Virus record (IMG/VR): IMGVR_UViG_3300030101_001806
Coordinates: 1-53,676 of that record
Origin: a virus
Taxonomy: Duplodnaviria; Caudoviricetes
Reading direction: 5' to 3' (one strand)
DNA length: 53,676 nucleotides
The notes beneath the pieces are model-generated. The model searched no databases, had not been told where the DNA came from, and saw only the letters and a list, made by a program, of their open reading frames with translations. Within the stretch, counting starts at the first letter, position 1. Every line of letters starts with the position of its first letter. Of the stretch, positions 1 to 9,390 are shown piece by piece. A program made the translations under genes and the position numbers.

Positions 1-439
1 TGCATGTGCTCGTGCTTCTTTATCTCTGTCAGGCATATACTCAAGAACTGGAATACCTGCCATGCGTAAATCTTGCAACAGAGATTGGCCAGATGCCTTT
101 TTTTCTATCATCACTGCGTCTGGCTCATAATCATAATATGCTTCTTGTGCAAGTTTACGAAGTTGAGGATATGTAACTCTGTCATACCACATCTCAAGAA
201 CAATAACATTGACTTGACCATGCAGTCTAAAAACTCCCCAAGTGGTTCTAGCAGAATATGATGTTTTCTCTTTTGTAGAAAAAGCTGTGTCATAGGACTG
301 CAACACATATTCAATGTTTGGCAGATTTGGTTCTTCCCATGGTTGCCACCATTCAGCTTTTAAGATGCCACCACCTTTTGGCATTGGTCTTTGTTGTAAC
401 TGGCCAGCACTGGCATATGTCCCAAGTGATTGCTCAAGT
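1..439. repeat. Imperfect direct terminal repeat, left copy (matches 53238-53676)
   Basis: Base-by-base comparison by eye: about 16 substitutions in 439 bp and no indels; lies inside terL. Confidence 0.95.
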
Positions 440-1281
440 ATATTTAATGTTCTCTCGTCAATGCGTTCTGGCCAAAGTAATTCGCCATCTTCCTGACGTG
501 GATCTGCAAATGCTAAAGTTGACTTGAGAGGTGTCGGATGGTCATGCTCATATCTTGCAGGCAGGCATAGGTGATCCCAGTCTTCATATTCGTTCGCAAG
601 TATGTGGCCAGTTAAGTCATTCTCATGAACTCTTTGCATAATGATTACAAATGCACCATTCTTTGGATCGTTAAGTCTTGTCTGCATAGATTGATCCCAC
701 CATTCAAGAACACCTTGTCTAACTGTATTGGATTCTGCCTCACGCACATTGTGAGGATCGTCAATAACGATAATGTCACCACCTTCACCTGTCAAAGCAC
801 CATCAACAGAAGTTGCGATGCGAATACCTGTCTTGTCATTCTCAAACCTTTGCTTTTGATTTTGGTCTGTTGTCAAATTGTATATGTCACCAAAATGACT
901 TTTATACCATGGACTGTCAACCAATCTTCTGCACTTGACAGAGTCTCTAATTGATAGTGTCAATGCATATGATGCAAATAAAAATTTTCTTGTGGGATCG
1001 ACTGTCCATGTCCATGCTGGCAGAGCCACTGCAACAGATATTGATTTCATGTGTCTCGGTGGCACATTTATAATCAACCTTTTTATATCGCCATGAACGA
1101 CAGCTTGCAAATGTTCACTGATTGCATCTATATGCCAGTTGTCATAAAAGTCTCTTGAAGGTTCAATTATTGGCCAACTATTCTTGGTGAACTCTTTTAA
1201 TGACCTCTTCATCTTCTCTGCTCTCACTTGATTCAATGACAGCATGTTCAAGGACTCTTTCAATTGTGTTGAGATCTCCAT
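1..1281 (-). CDS. terL: Terminase large subunit, N-terminal part (runs off the left end and continues at 53237; about 503 aa in total)
   Basis: Missing from the ORF track. My translation reads MEISTQLKESLNMLSLNQVRAEK...RLIINVPPRHMKS (Walker A)...GEGGDIIVIDDPH (Walker B)...IIMQRVHENDL...QLQQRP. Alternative start at 1245. Confidence 0.93.
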   Translation of the reverse strand, partial: MEISTQLKESLNMLSLNQVRAEKMKRSLKEFTKNSWPIIEPSRDFYDNWHIDAISEHLQAVVHGDIKRLIINVPPRHMKSISVAVALPAWTWTVDPTRKFLFASYALTLSIRDSVKCRRLVDSPWYKSHFGDIYNLTTDQNQKQRFENDKTGIRIATSVDGALTGEGGDIIVIDDPHNVREAESNTVRQGVLEWWDQSMQTRLNDPKNGAFVIIMQRVHENDLTGHILANEYEDWDHLCLPARYEHDHPTPLKSTLAFADPRQEDGELLWPERIDERTLNILEQSLGTYASAGQLQQRPMPKGGGILKAEWWQPWEEPNLPNIEYVLQSYDTAFSTKEKTSYSARTTWGVFRLHGQVNVIVLEMWYDRVTYPQLRKLAQEAYYDYEPDAVMIEKKASGQSLLQDLRMAGIPVLEYMPDRDKEARAHA

Positions 1282-1705
1282 CTGATAACCTCGATATATC
1301 TAATACTTTCTTTTCTTCTATTTGTGCTGTAACTTCAACAGCTTTTAAATCTGGCACGCATTTGCCAAGCAATGTTTTTGCAGCCATGACTCTAAGTTCT
1401 GGATCTGCAGAAACTTTACCAACTGTCATCATACCACCATCACCATTTTTGTAGACAGGAAATATTTCTTTCCCTTGCATGACCTGTGTCAAAAATCCGA
1501 CAGGATCTGCTTGTCCCATTATCCAGTTGATAGTTGCATTGTGATTCCACTTATAAGGTTTATCTCTCGCAGGTTTTTGATACTTCATAGGTTCAACTGA
1601 TTTAAATCTGCCATCCCATGCCTCAGTTTTTATAGGTGGACCATCTTTGACAGGTCTCTGCACCTGCATTTTTGGTGTATTTTTCTCTGATTGGTGTTTT
1701 TTCAT
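1178..1705 (-). CDS. terS: Putative terminase small subunit
   Basis: 175 aa, directly upstream of and overlapping terL; LLGKCVPDLKAVEV and DISRLSD-like C-terminus are typical of TerS. Confidence 0.65.
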   Translation of the reverse strand: MKKHQSEKNTPKMQVQRPVKDGPPIKTEAWDGRFKSVEPMKYQKPARDKPYKWNHNATINWIMGQADPVGFLTQVMQGKEIFPVYKNGDGGMMTVGKVSADPELRVMAAKTLLGKCVPDLKAVEVTAQIEEKKVLDISRLSDGDLNTIERVLEHAVIESSESREDEEVIKRVHQE

Positions 1706-1771
1706 GTCAAAATGTTAATTTTATTAATATTTTTAAAAATTAAGTGTCAGACAATTATATACTTATTTTTA

Positions 1772-1802
1772 TAAAAAAGAAAAGCCAGAAATTAATCTGG
1801 CT
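1772..1802 (-). terminator. Rho-independent terminator after ORF 1856-2437
   Basis: Stem AGCCAGA/TCTGGCT with loop AATTAA, followed by a U-rich tract on the minus strand. Confidence 0.65.
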
Positions 1803-1855
1803 CAACTTTATTACTTATTATGAGGATTACATGCGTAATAATTTATTATAACTTA

Positions 1856-2437
1856 CTAAAAATTATAATCATAAAACTTTCTTGGAGTAGATGACAGAAG
1901 ATGACGACCATTCTTTGACTTCCAAGACCCATCTTTTTGTTTTCTAATAGCAATCACATCTGCAGTTGGATCTGAAACAACAGACCACTTCTGATCAAGC
2001 TGATTAACAACATGACCACAAAAACCTCCAGGAGCAACTTTCTTTTTCCACTCTCCTTTCATGGCAATCATAGGACGAGCATAAATAGTTTTAACAGATG
2101 CTACTCTAACAATCTCATATGGATTGATGTCAGTATACATATGTAAATTCGCATACTTATAAAATACATGATGAACAACAAACTGTGGCTCAACCTTTTC
2201 AAAACCTTGTTTATTTAAAAAAGCAATATCAGTAACATCATTTGGATCTAAGTTCTCAAGGAAGTCAATGGCATCTTTTTCATTATGAAACCTTAAAGCA
2301 TCAGCATCATAAATCGCAACTGTGTACAAACCTTTTTTGTGATGTGGTCCAACAAGTTTTGCCTCATCAAACCACTTTTTAATGTCACCATTTACAGTAA
2401 CATCAACATTACATTTAATTAAATAATTTTTAAGCAT
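1856..2437 (-). CDS. Hypothetical early protein
   Basis: 193 aa with its own promoter-RBS cassette (2438-2494) and terminator. Confidence 0.8.
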   Translation of the reverse strand: MLKNYLIKCNVDVTVNGDIKKWFDEAKLVGPHHKKGLYTVAIYDADALRFHNEKDAIDFLENLDPNDVTDIAFLNKQGFEKVEPQFVVHHVFYKYANLHMYTDINPYEIVRVASVKTIYARPMIAMKGEWKKKVAPGGFCGHVVNQLDQKWSVVSDPTADVIAIRKQKDGSWKSKNGRHLLSSTPRKFYDYNF

Positions 2438-2494
2438 AAATAAATTTCCTTTCTCAGTTATATATAGTATCGCATAAGATGGCAGAAAAGTAAA
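2438..2494 (-). promoter_or_regulatory. Sigma70-like early promoter plus RBS (copy 1)
   Basis: TTTACT(2494-2489)-N17-GATACT(2471-2466)...TGAGAAAGGAAA...ATG. Confidence 0.8.
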
Positions 2495-2525
2495 GTAAAA
2501 AAATAAAAAAGATTAAAAGAGCCCA

Positions 2526-2627
2526 AAGACTGGGTAACGAAACCATTAACTTTTGACATTGGGGTCGACTTGTAACTTATTGTAATCAATAAACTTTTCT
2601 GCCCATGAACCCAGTGTTACCAGTCTT
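2526..2627. repeat. Inverted repeats in the divergent intergenic region; candidate origin or operator
   Basis: AAGACTGG(G)TAAC at 2526-2538 pairs with GTTACCAGTCTT at 2616-2627; inner palindrome TTATTG-taat-CAATAA at 2577-2592. Confidence 0.5.
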
Positions 2628-2687
2628 CTCTAAATTTTTACAAAGAAATATTTTTTCTGATTTCTCTCCTTATATATACTTTTCTTG

Positions 2688-2745
2688 TTTACTATTTTAG
2701 AATAATATAAGATACTATAAATCCATTTGAGAAAGGAAACCATTT
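2688..2745 (+). promoter_or_regulatory. Sigma70-like early promoter plus RBS (copy 2)
   Basis: TTTACT(2688)-N17-GATACT(2711)...TGAGAAAGGAAA...ATG 2746. Confidence 0.8.
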
Positions 2746-3357
2746 ATGAATACAGATATCAGATTGTTTCATGGCACAAGTAAAAAGCACCTTGATTCAA
2801 TATTAAGAAGAGGATTACAACCAAGAGGAACTAATCCATCCAACTGGGAAGACTTCCCATCAGCACCTGACAGAGTTTATCTGACAAGGTCATATGCAAT
2901 ATTCTTTGCATTAAAATCAGCTTACCTCACCAACACTGATCCTGTAATCATTGAAGTAGATGTCCAGGACAATCTAGTTGCTGACGAAGATTATCTTGCT
3001 CAATGTAAATGGAAAGATAAAGAATTAAATTTTTTACAGGATAAAAGTTTAGAAGACAAAACTTTGTATTGGAAGATAAGATCTCCAGCTTATCCTATGA
3101 TGGCTGAACACTCATTAAATAAATTAGGTAACTGTTGCCACATGGGAACAATAAAACCAAAACAAATTAAAAGCTGGATGTCATTCAGAAAAGATAATGA
3201 GATAGCACTCAGCCATGATCCAACAATAACAATTCAGAACTTCTTCTTGCTCGGTCAAGGTTACATAAACTCTTTGCAAAGATTCTTTGACAGTTATGGT
3301 AAGCAAGGCAGAATGTGGGAAGAGTTTGATAAATTAATAGAGTTAAACAATGCCTAA
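2746..3357 (+). CDS. ADP-ribosyltransferase-fold protein (KptA/Tpt1- or PARP-like)
   Basis: LFHGTS...SILRRGLQP...RVYLT...A..FA...PVIIEVDV motif order matches H-type ART folds. Confidence 0.6.
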   Translation: MNTDIRLFHGTSKKHLDSILRRGLQPRGTNPSNWEDFPSAPDRVYLTRSYAIFFALKSAYLTNTDPVIIEVDVQDNLVADEDYLAQCKWKDKELNFLQDKSLEDKTLYWKIRSPAYPMMAEHSLNKLGNCCHMGTIKPKQIKSWMSFRKDNEIALSHDPTITIQNFFLLGQGYINSLQRFFDSYGKQGRMWEEFDKLIELNNA

Positions 3358-3718
3358 AGTATTTGTAGTCAACAGACCAATAAGAAATAAATTTGGATGG
3401 ACACCTGACTTGAGTGATGCATCTCGATATGGATCAATTGAAATAGTTTTTGAACCTGATGATAATCCTCAGTTTGTTCCATCCCCAATGATAATGAAAG
3501 CAAGAAAGATTATGAAAGACTTCTCGCCAGAGGACTACATTCTCTGGCCAGGAGGAGGAGACCCAATAGCAGTGATGATAGTATGCATGATTGCTAGTGA
3601 GTTCTCTCCAGTGGTGCGTGTCCTTAGATGGGAACGCAATTTAGACAGAGGTGATAGGGATAGAAGACAAGGTTGGTACATGCCTGTTGCTTTAAATTTA
3701 AGAAAGGAAAAAGTATGA
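3350..3718 (+). CDS. Hypothetical phage protein
   Basis: 122 aa, coupled to both neighbours. Confidence 0.75.
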   Translation: MPKVFVVNRPIRNKFGWTPDLSDASRYGSIEIVFEPDDNPQFVPSPMIMKARKIMKDFSPEDYILWPGGGDPIAVMIVCMIASEFSPVVRVLRWERNLDRGDRDRRQGWYMPVALNLRKEKV

Positions 3719-4302
3719 GTGAAATAAATCTGCTTGATGATGTAGCACCTGCATCAAATGAACTAGGTGCAATTTCTGATATGGCACAACAGATGTATGA
3801 TCTCCAAGAAGAGATTGTGAAACTGGAACTGTCATTGAAACAAAAGAAGCAGGATCTCGATAAGTTGGCTACTCAAGACCTTCCAGACCTTATGCAAGAA
3901 CTTAATCTCAAAGACTTTACTCTTAACAATGGAGCAAAGGTTACAGTTGATGATGTGCTCAGTGGTTCAATACCATCAGCAAGTTCTATACTAAGAGCAA
4001 AAGGTGAGGACAAGATGGAGAAAGAGATGCGTCAAGAACAATGCTTTGATTGGCTAAGAGCCAATGGTGGTTCGGATTTAATCAAGAGCAATGTTGAGGT
4101 TCAATTCGGTCGTGATGAAGATAAGTTATGTAATGACTTCACAAAAGAGTTACAGGACAGATCTATTCATTACAGAAGAGCAGTGGGAGTTCATCCAGCT
4201 ACTCTCAATTCATTTTTAAAAGAAAAGATTGAGAATGGTTCAAATGTTCCCAGAGATACTTTCAAATTGTTTGAAGGTCGCAAAGCCAAGATAAGGAGAT
4301 AA
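3715..4302 (+). CDS. Hypothetical replication-module protein with N-terminal coiled coil
   Basis: True start MSEINLL at 3715 (AAGGA RBS, ATGA overlap); precedes the SSB-like gene. Confidence 0.8.
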   Translation: MSEINLLDDVAPASNELGAISDMAQQMYDLQEEIVKLELSLKQKKQDLDKLATQDLPDLMQELNLKDFTLNNGAKVTVDDVLSGSIPSASSILRAKGEDKMEKEMRQEQCFDWLRANGGSDLIKSNVEVQFGRDEDKLCNDFTKELQDRSIHYRRAVGVHPATLNSFLKEKIENGSNVPRDTFKLFEGRKAKIRR

Positions 4303-4304
4303 AC

Positions 4305-5093
4305 ATGGCAAATCAAATAAAGAAAAAAGAGTCAGCTGAAATCGTTGACATTAACTTACTGCTTGAGGATTCTGAAGCAGGACATAACATGTCTAATGAT
4401 GACATGATGATACCAAGACTGAGGATATTACAAGACGGATCTCCTCAAGTAAAAAAGAGAGATGGAGCATATGTTGATGGTGCTGAGCCAGGACATATCT
4501 TTGATAATGTTTCTCGAGAAGTTTATGATGGTGAGAAAGGCATCATGGTTGTTCCTGTAACTTACAGAGGAACTTACATTGAATGGAAACCAGACAGAGG
4601 TGGATTGGTCGGAGATCGTGGACCAAATTATGATATCTCAGAATGTAAAGCGAATGAAAAAGGTAAGTTGTTTCTGCCTAATGGTAATGAGGTTGTTAGA
4701 ACAAATGAATACTTTGTATTTGTAGTTGACGATGATGGAGTGTATTCGCCAGCACTTATATCAATGTCATCATCTGGTTTAAAGAAAAGTAAAAGATGGA
4801 ACTCAATGATCAATCGTTTACAAATACCTCATCCCAATGGATCTGGTACAATCAATCCAGCAATGTTCTGGACTGCTTACAAATTAACATCAGTGCCAGA
4901 GAGTAATGACGATGGCTCATGGATGAATTGGGAAGTTGAAATGTGCTTTGATGCAAAATCAGGTGGGATACTGGCCAATCTTCCGACAGGAAAAGATATC
5001 TATCTTGAGGCAAGAAACTTTAGAAATAAAGTCAAAGATGGTGATATCAAAGTGTCTGCAGATGATTCGCAAGATACCAATGATGATTTCTAA
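4305..5093 (+). CDS. Putative single-stranded DNA-binding protein
   Basis: IPRLRILQ..SPQV motif; acidic C-tail ending in Phe (DDSQDTNDDF); sits before the primase. Confidence 0.6.
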   Translation: MANQIKKKESAEIVDINLLLEDSEAGHNMSNDDMMIPRLRILQDGSPQVKKRDGAYVDGAEPGHIFDNVSREVYDGEKGIMVVPVTYRGTYIEWKPDRGGLVGDRGPNYDISECKANEKGKLFLPNGNEVVRTNEYFVFVVDDDGVYSPALISMSSSGLKKSKRWNSMINRLQIPHPNGSGTINPAMFWTAYKLTSVPESNDDGSWMNWEVEMCFDAKSGGILANLPTGKDIYLEARNFRNKVKDGDIKVSADDSQDTNDDF

Positions 5094-5139
5094 TTCTACT
5101 CCAAATAAAATTTTGCCTTAATTTTTAAAGAGTAGATGT

Positions 5140-5161
5140 TGTGGGGAGTAACTTCCCCACA
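5140..5161 (+). promoter_or_regulatory. GC-rich hairpin upstream of the primase RBS
   Basis: Stem TGTGGGGA/TCCCCACA between SSB and primase; may attenuate or stabilise the transcript. Confidence 0.45.
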
Positions 5162-5180
5162 GCTTAATTATGAGGATGAG

Positions 5181-6710
5181 ATGGCGATAGAAGAAAGATT
5201 TATGAATCTGTTTAGAGGATATGAACTTGCCCATGGGCAGTATCGTGTTCAGACAACAGAGGCAGATGGCAAGAAGTCTGGCAGAGCATTAACAGTAAGT
5301 GAGCCAGCAACAATAGAAAATTTTAAAGAACATTTAAGTGGTGGCGAATATATATTAGGTGTCATCATGTTAAAGAAAAACAACTCATGTAACTTTGGTG
5401 TCATTGATATAGATATCCGTGGCAGTGGTAAGCTGAATGAAAGTCTTGAGAGTCTTGAGAAGAAAATAAGAAACACTCCACTGATACTTTGCAGAAGTAA
5501 GTCTGGTGGTGCTCACTTATATTTATTTGCAGATCCAGAGATTGCTGCAGTTGATATGGTAAACAAGTTGAATGAGTATGCAGCACATTTAGGTTATGGT
5601 GGTGCTGAGATCTTCCCCAAGCAGATCTCTCGTGCCAATGATAGAGATAGAGGAAACTGGATTAACCTTTGTTACTGGGATGGTGACAACACTGAAAGAT
5701 ATGCAATCAGCAATGGAAAGAAATTAAGTCTGATGCAGTTTGTAAAGTTAGCTGAACAAAAAACATCCACATACGATGAGCTGATGAAGTCCAGCTTTAA
5801 ATTAGTTGATCACTTCAAAGATGGTCCACCATGTCTGCAGCACATAATGACAATGGGATTTCCTGAAGGTGGTCGCAACAGTTCATTATTTAATGTTGGT
5901 GTTTACTTTAGAAAAAAGAATCCAGACGACTGGCAAGAGGATCTGATGAAGTTTAATTATGAACATGTTGATGAACCATTGCCAGCAACAGAGATAAATG
6001 GATTGATAAAAGCAGTCTTAAAAAAAGATTATGCATACACCTGTAAACAAGCACCAATATGTAATTACTGTGAACGATCCAAATGTATTAAAAGAGACTA
6101 TGGCATTGGTGGCATTGGTGGTGGTGCAACGATAGAGATAGATGCCATCACTAAATATGAAACTGAGAACAGGTCATCAGTGAGATGGTACATTGAAGTT
6201 CAGGGAGAAAGAATAGAAGTAACAACACAACAGTTACTTGATCAAAGACAATTACAAAAGCTATGTGTTGAAAAGTTAAATAAATGTCCAAGCACAATGC
6301 CTGCAGCAAAATGGGAAACAAGAGTCAATGAACTGCTGACAACAGTTGAAGTGATACAAGATCCAGATGATGCAAGTCCACAAGGTCAGTTTGAAAAGAT
6401 CCTTGATTCATTCTTAACAGGTAAAGTCCAAGCCAGACAAAAGGATGAGATCATGAATGGTAAGCCATGGCATGACTCTGATGAGAACAAAGTTTATTTT
6501 AGATCTGAGGATCTTTTTATATTTCTTGAGTCAAGAAGATTTAGATATCCATCCCAGCATCAAGTTTGGTCTTGGCTGAGAACTTTGGAAGGTGATAGAA
6601 AAACATTCAGGATAAAATCCAAGCCAGTGAAAGTTTGGTCAGTGCCTGCACCAGAGTTTTATGATGATGAAGAACTTGATGTGCCATCAACAGTTGTGGA
6701 GGATTTTTGA
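5181..6710 (+). CDS. AEP-type primase with PriCT-1 domain
   Basis: FGVIDID, RSKSGGAHLY, EIFPKQ, GNWINL, GPPCL, EGGRNSSLF and a Cys cluster; start moved to 5181 (GAGGA RBS). Confidence 0.8.
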   Translation: MAIEERFMNLFRGYELAHGQYRVQTTEADGKKSGRALTVSEPATIENFKEHLSGGEYILGVIMLKKNNSCNFGVIDIDIRGSGKLNESLESLEKKIRNTPLILCRSKSGGAHLYLFADPEIAAVDMVNKLNEYAAHLGYGGAEIFPKQISRANDRDRGNWINLCYWDGDNTERYAISNGKKLSLMQFVKLAEQKTSTYDELMKSSFKLVDHFKDGPPCLQHIMTMGFPEGGRNSSLFNVGVYFRKKNPDDWQEDLMKFNYEHVDEPLPATEINGLIKAVLKKDYAYTCKQAPICNYCERSKCIKRDYGIGGIGGGATIEIDAITKYETENRSSVRWYIEVQGERIEVTTQQLLDQRQLQKLCVEKLNKCPSTMPAAKWETRVNELLTTVEVIQDPDDASPQGQFEKILDSFLTGKVQARQKDEIMNGKPWHDSDENKVYFRSEDLFIFLESRRFRYPSQHQVWSWLRTLEGDRKTFRIKSKPVKVWSVPAPEFYDDEELDVPSTVVEDF

Positions 6711-8167
6711 GACAGGTTGAAATAATATATGGACCACCAGGAACTGGTAAGACAACAGCACTCTTAAATATAGTTGAGACTGCTTTGGGTCGTGGTGTTA
6801 AGCCAGAGAGGATTGCATATCTTGCATTCACTCGCAAAGCTGCAAATGAAGCAATAGAAAGAGCCATGGCAAAGTTTAATCTTGATGAGGACAGGTTTCC
6901 ATATTTTAGAACATTACACTCAATGGCATTCAAGCAACTAGGAATAAGGAGAGATGAAGTCATGACAGACTCTCATTTTAAAAACCTTGGCAAGTTATTG
7001 GGAGTGCAGTTCAAAGGAATATATGATGAGGATCTAGGTTTGCATCTTGGTGATGGTCTTGGAGATAAATGTGCAAGAGTGGACTCTCTGGCCAGAATAA
7101 ACATTCGTCCAATAGCAGAACAATATGCTTTTACACCTATGAATGATTTGACGTTGCATGCAGTTAAACAGTTCAGTAATGCTTTACAACATTACAAAAA
7201 AGAGAGAGGTCTATTTGATTTCACAGATATGCTTGAGAACTGTCAGTCAGCATTAGATGTGGACATATGTATATTTGATGAGGCACAAGATCTTTCCTCA
7301 CTTCAATTTAGCATGGCAATCAAACTTTCGAAACTTGCATCAGAAGTTTACATAGCAGGTGATGATGACCAAGCAATATTTAGTTGGGCAGGAGCAGACG
7401 TTAAAAAGTTCTTGAACCTTAATGGCTCAAAGAGAGTTTTGCCAATGAGTTACAGGATACCAGCAACTGTGCACAGATTAGCCAACGACATAGCATCCAG
7501 GATAAAACATAGAGTTCCCAAGCATTGGTCACCAAGAGAAGAGAAAGGCAATGTTGAATATGTTGTTGATGAGCATCAGATAAATTACAAAGGTGCAGGA
7601 ACATGGATGCTTCTTTGCAGGTCTAAATATTTATTGAACAGGTTTAAAAAAGCTGTGAGGTTGCAAGGATATGCTTATACAATCAATGGTAAAAGTTCTC
7701 TTGAGTCAGATGCAACCAAAGCGATTGAAGACTGGGAGAAGATAAGGAAAGGCAAAGAACTCTCTCAACACAGCACATCTAACCTGTCACATTTTATATA
7801 TAAGAAAATAAAAGTCAAAAGAACTACACCATCAAAGTTTGAGGATCTAGGACTGCCAGAGGGATCTGAGAACAAAGACTGGATGGAAGTGTTAAGAGGG
7901 ATACCATCAGACGAAAGAGAATATATAAGGTCATGTCTTAGGAATGGTGAGAAGTTTTCTGACAAACCAAGAATAACAATATCAACAATCCACCAAAGCA
8001 AAGGTGGAGAAGCAGACAATGTTGTATTGATAACTGACATGGGGAGATTAAGCTGGGAAGCACTTGGCACAGATGAAGAACAAAGAGTTTGGTATGTGGC
8101 GATAACAAGAACAAGAAAGAATTTATTTATTGTAAGACCAAGAGGTCTGAGGCATTTTGCGATATGA
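6707..8167 (+). CDS. UvrD/Rep-like SF1 DNA helicase
   Basis: GPPGTGKTT, AFTRKAA, DEAQD, AGDDDQAIF, SYR, STIHQSKGGEAD, YVAITR. Confidence 0.93.
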   Translation: MRQVEIIYGPPGTGKTTALLNIVETALGRGVKPERIAYLAFTRKAANEAIERAMAKFNLDEDRFPYFRTLHSMAFKQLGIRRDEVMTDSHFKNLGKLLGVQFKGIYDEDLGLHLGDGLGDKCARVDSLARINIRPIAEQYAFTPMNDLTLHAVKQFSNALQHYKKERGLFDFTDMLENCQSALDVDICIFDEAQDLSSLQFSMAIKLSKLASEVYIAGDDDQAIFSWAGADVKKFLNLNGSKRVLPMSYRIPATVHRLANDIASRIKHRVPKHWSPREEKGNVEYVVDEHQINYKGAGTWMLLCRSKYLLNRFKKAVRLQGYAYTINGKSSLESDATKAIEDWEKIRKGKELSQHSTSNLSHFIYKKIKVKRTTPSKFEDLGLPEGSENKDWMEVLRGIPSDEREYIRSCLRNGEKFSDKPRITISTIHQSKGGEADNVVLITDMGRLSWEALGTDEEQRVWYVAITRTRKNLFIVRPRGLRHFAI

Positions 8168-8224
8168 ATAAGTCTTTGTTATCATTGAATAAAAAAATTA
8201 TTTCTTCAGAAATAAAATTTTTAC

Positions 8225-8279
8225 TTTACTTCACGACAGAAATAAAAGATACTATCAATATTGAGAAAGGAAATTTATT
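8225..8279 (+). promoter_or_regulatory. Sigma70-like early promoter plus RBS (copy 3); drives the nucleotide/DnaE operon
   Basis: TTTACT(8225)-N17-GATACT(8248)...TGAGAAAGGAAA...ATG 8280. Confidence 0.8.
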
Positions 8280-8918
8280 ATGACTATTTTTACAATCGAT
8301 CCAAAAACTTACAAAGTAAGTATGTATTCATCCAGAAAGGTTGCTCAACAATATGGCAATGGAATGATTACATTTAGCAACTCATCTGAGTTAGCATTAA
8401 ATCCTAATACGACATTGCAAGTTCTTGTAAATGTTTTTAACAATAACAGTAACACTATGACTAAAAAGTTTGCTGATAAAACAAAAGGTGCAAAGAGAGT
8501 TTTTGAAACTTTGCAAGAGAAGTTTTGTAACACTGAACCTCTTGGTCCAGTTACTGCTAAAGCATCTGTTGGTGACCAGCAAGTTTATATTCCCAAGGAA
8601 AAGAAGATCGCAGACTCCAGTGGAACAAAGCCAACGAAGTTGAGAGGGAAGTTTGCAGGCAGATATATTGTCAATCATCTTGAATCAAATCCTCGTAGAC
8701 CAAACACCAGAGGTTTTCATGCCACTGGTATTCTTGTCAATCTTGGTGTGGATCAAAATCCAATCAGTTACGAAGATTACATAGAACAACGTGGTCATCG
8801 TCAAGATCTCGCTCATGACTTGGGCAGAGGTCGTTGCAGTATTCTTGGCAAAGATAAGAATGGAAAATACTTCACTGTGTTTGGTAATACTAAAATAGCA
8901 GGGAAGTTAAACAAGTGA
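8280..8918 (+). CDS. Hypothetical protein with possible C-terminal DNA-binding domain
   Basis: 212 aa, basic; first gene after promoter copy 3. Confidence 0.75.
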   Translation: MTIFTIDPKTYKVSMYSSRKVAQQYGNGMITFSNSSELALNPNTTLQVLVNVFNNNSNTMTKKFADKTKGAKRVFETLQEKFCNTEPLGPVTAKASVGDQQVYIPKEKKIADSSGTKPTKLRGKFAGRYIVNHLESNPRRPNTRGFHATGILVNLGVDQNPISYEDYIEQRGHRQDLAHDLGRGRCSILGKDKNGKYFTVFGNTKIAGKLNK

Positions 8919-9160
8919 GGAAGTTTTTATTATTCTCAGTGATGGTCGTTATGGGAGCATGTAGTTCCCAACGATCTGATGTTAAACTTGTCAAGGAAAA
9001 AGAGATGTTTCAGTTGACTCGTCAAGAAGTTATTAATGGGCATCAAGAGTGCAAGGCAGCAGGACTAAGACCAATAACAGTCTACACAAGAATATTTGTT
9101 GATGGCAGACCTGTGCCAGTTGCGATTGATGTTACATGTGGAATAAAAGGAATGGACTAA
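8915..9160 (+). CDS. Small putative lipoprotein
   Basis: GTG start; MRKFLLFSVMVVMGAC resembles a signal peptide plus lipobox Cys. Confidence 0.55.
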   Translation: MRKFLLFSVMVVMGACSSQRSDVKLVKEKEMFQLTRQEVINGHQECKAAGLRPITVYTRIFVDGRPVPVAIDVTCGIKGMD

Positions 9161-9390
9161 TGGATATAAAATTAGCACACATGTTAATAAATAACTTGAC
9201 ATCAATCCCTGATGGTCACGACGATCTTCACTTTTATTTAAAAACTTTAAAAGGAGAGGTTCCAGAAGATCACAAGCCATCAAAGATTGAATGTCTTGAG
9301 CATCTTGAATTAAAAGTCAATGAGCAAATAAGACAATGGGAGTCCATAAGAACTCGAATAAAAAATTATCACAGTGGGATAAATAAATGA
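9160..9390 (+). CDS. Hypothetical protein
   Basis: TAATG coupling; starts MDIKLAH. Confidence 0.65.
   Translation: MDIKLAHMLINNLTSIPDGHDDLHFYLKTLKGEVPEDHKPSKIECLEHLELKVNEQIRQWESIRTRIKNYHSGINK

Noticed and set aside
73-954. Short ORFs listed in the track at the left end and their copies at 53105-53551
   Set aside because: They are antisense or off-frame shadows of terL, which the track missed because it runs off the window edge
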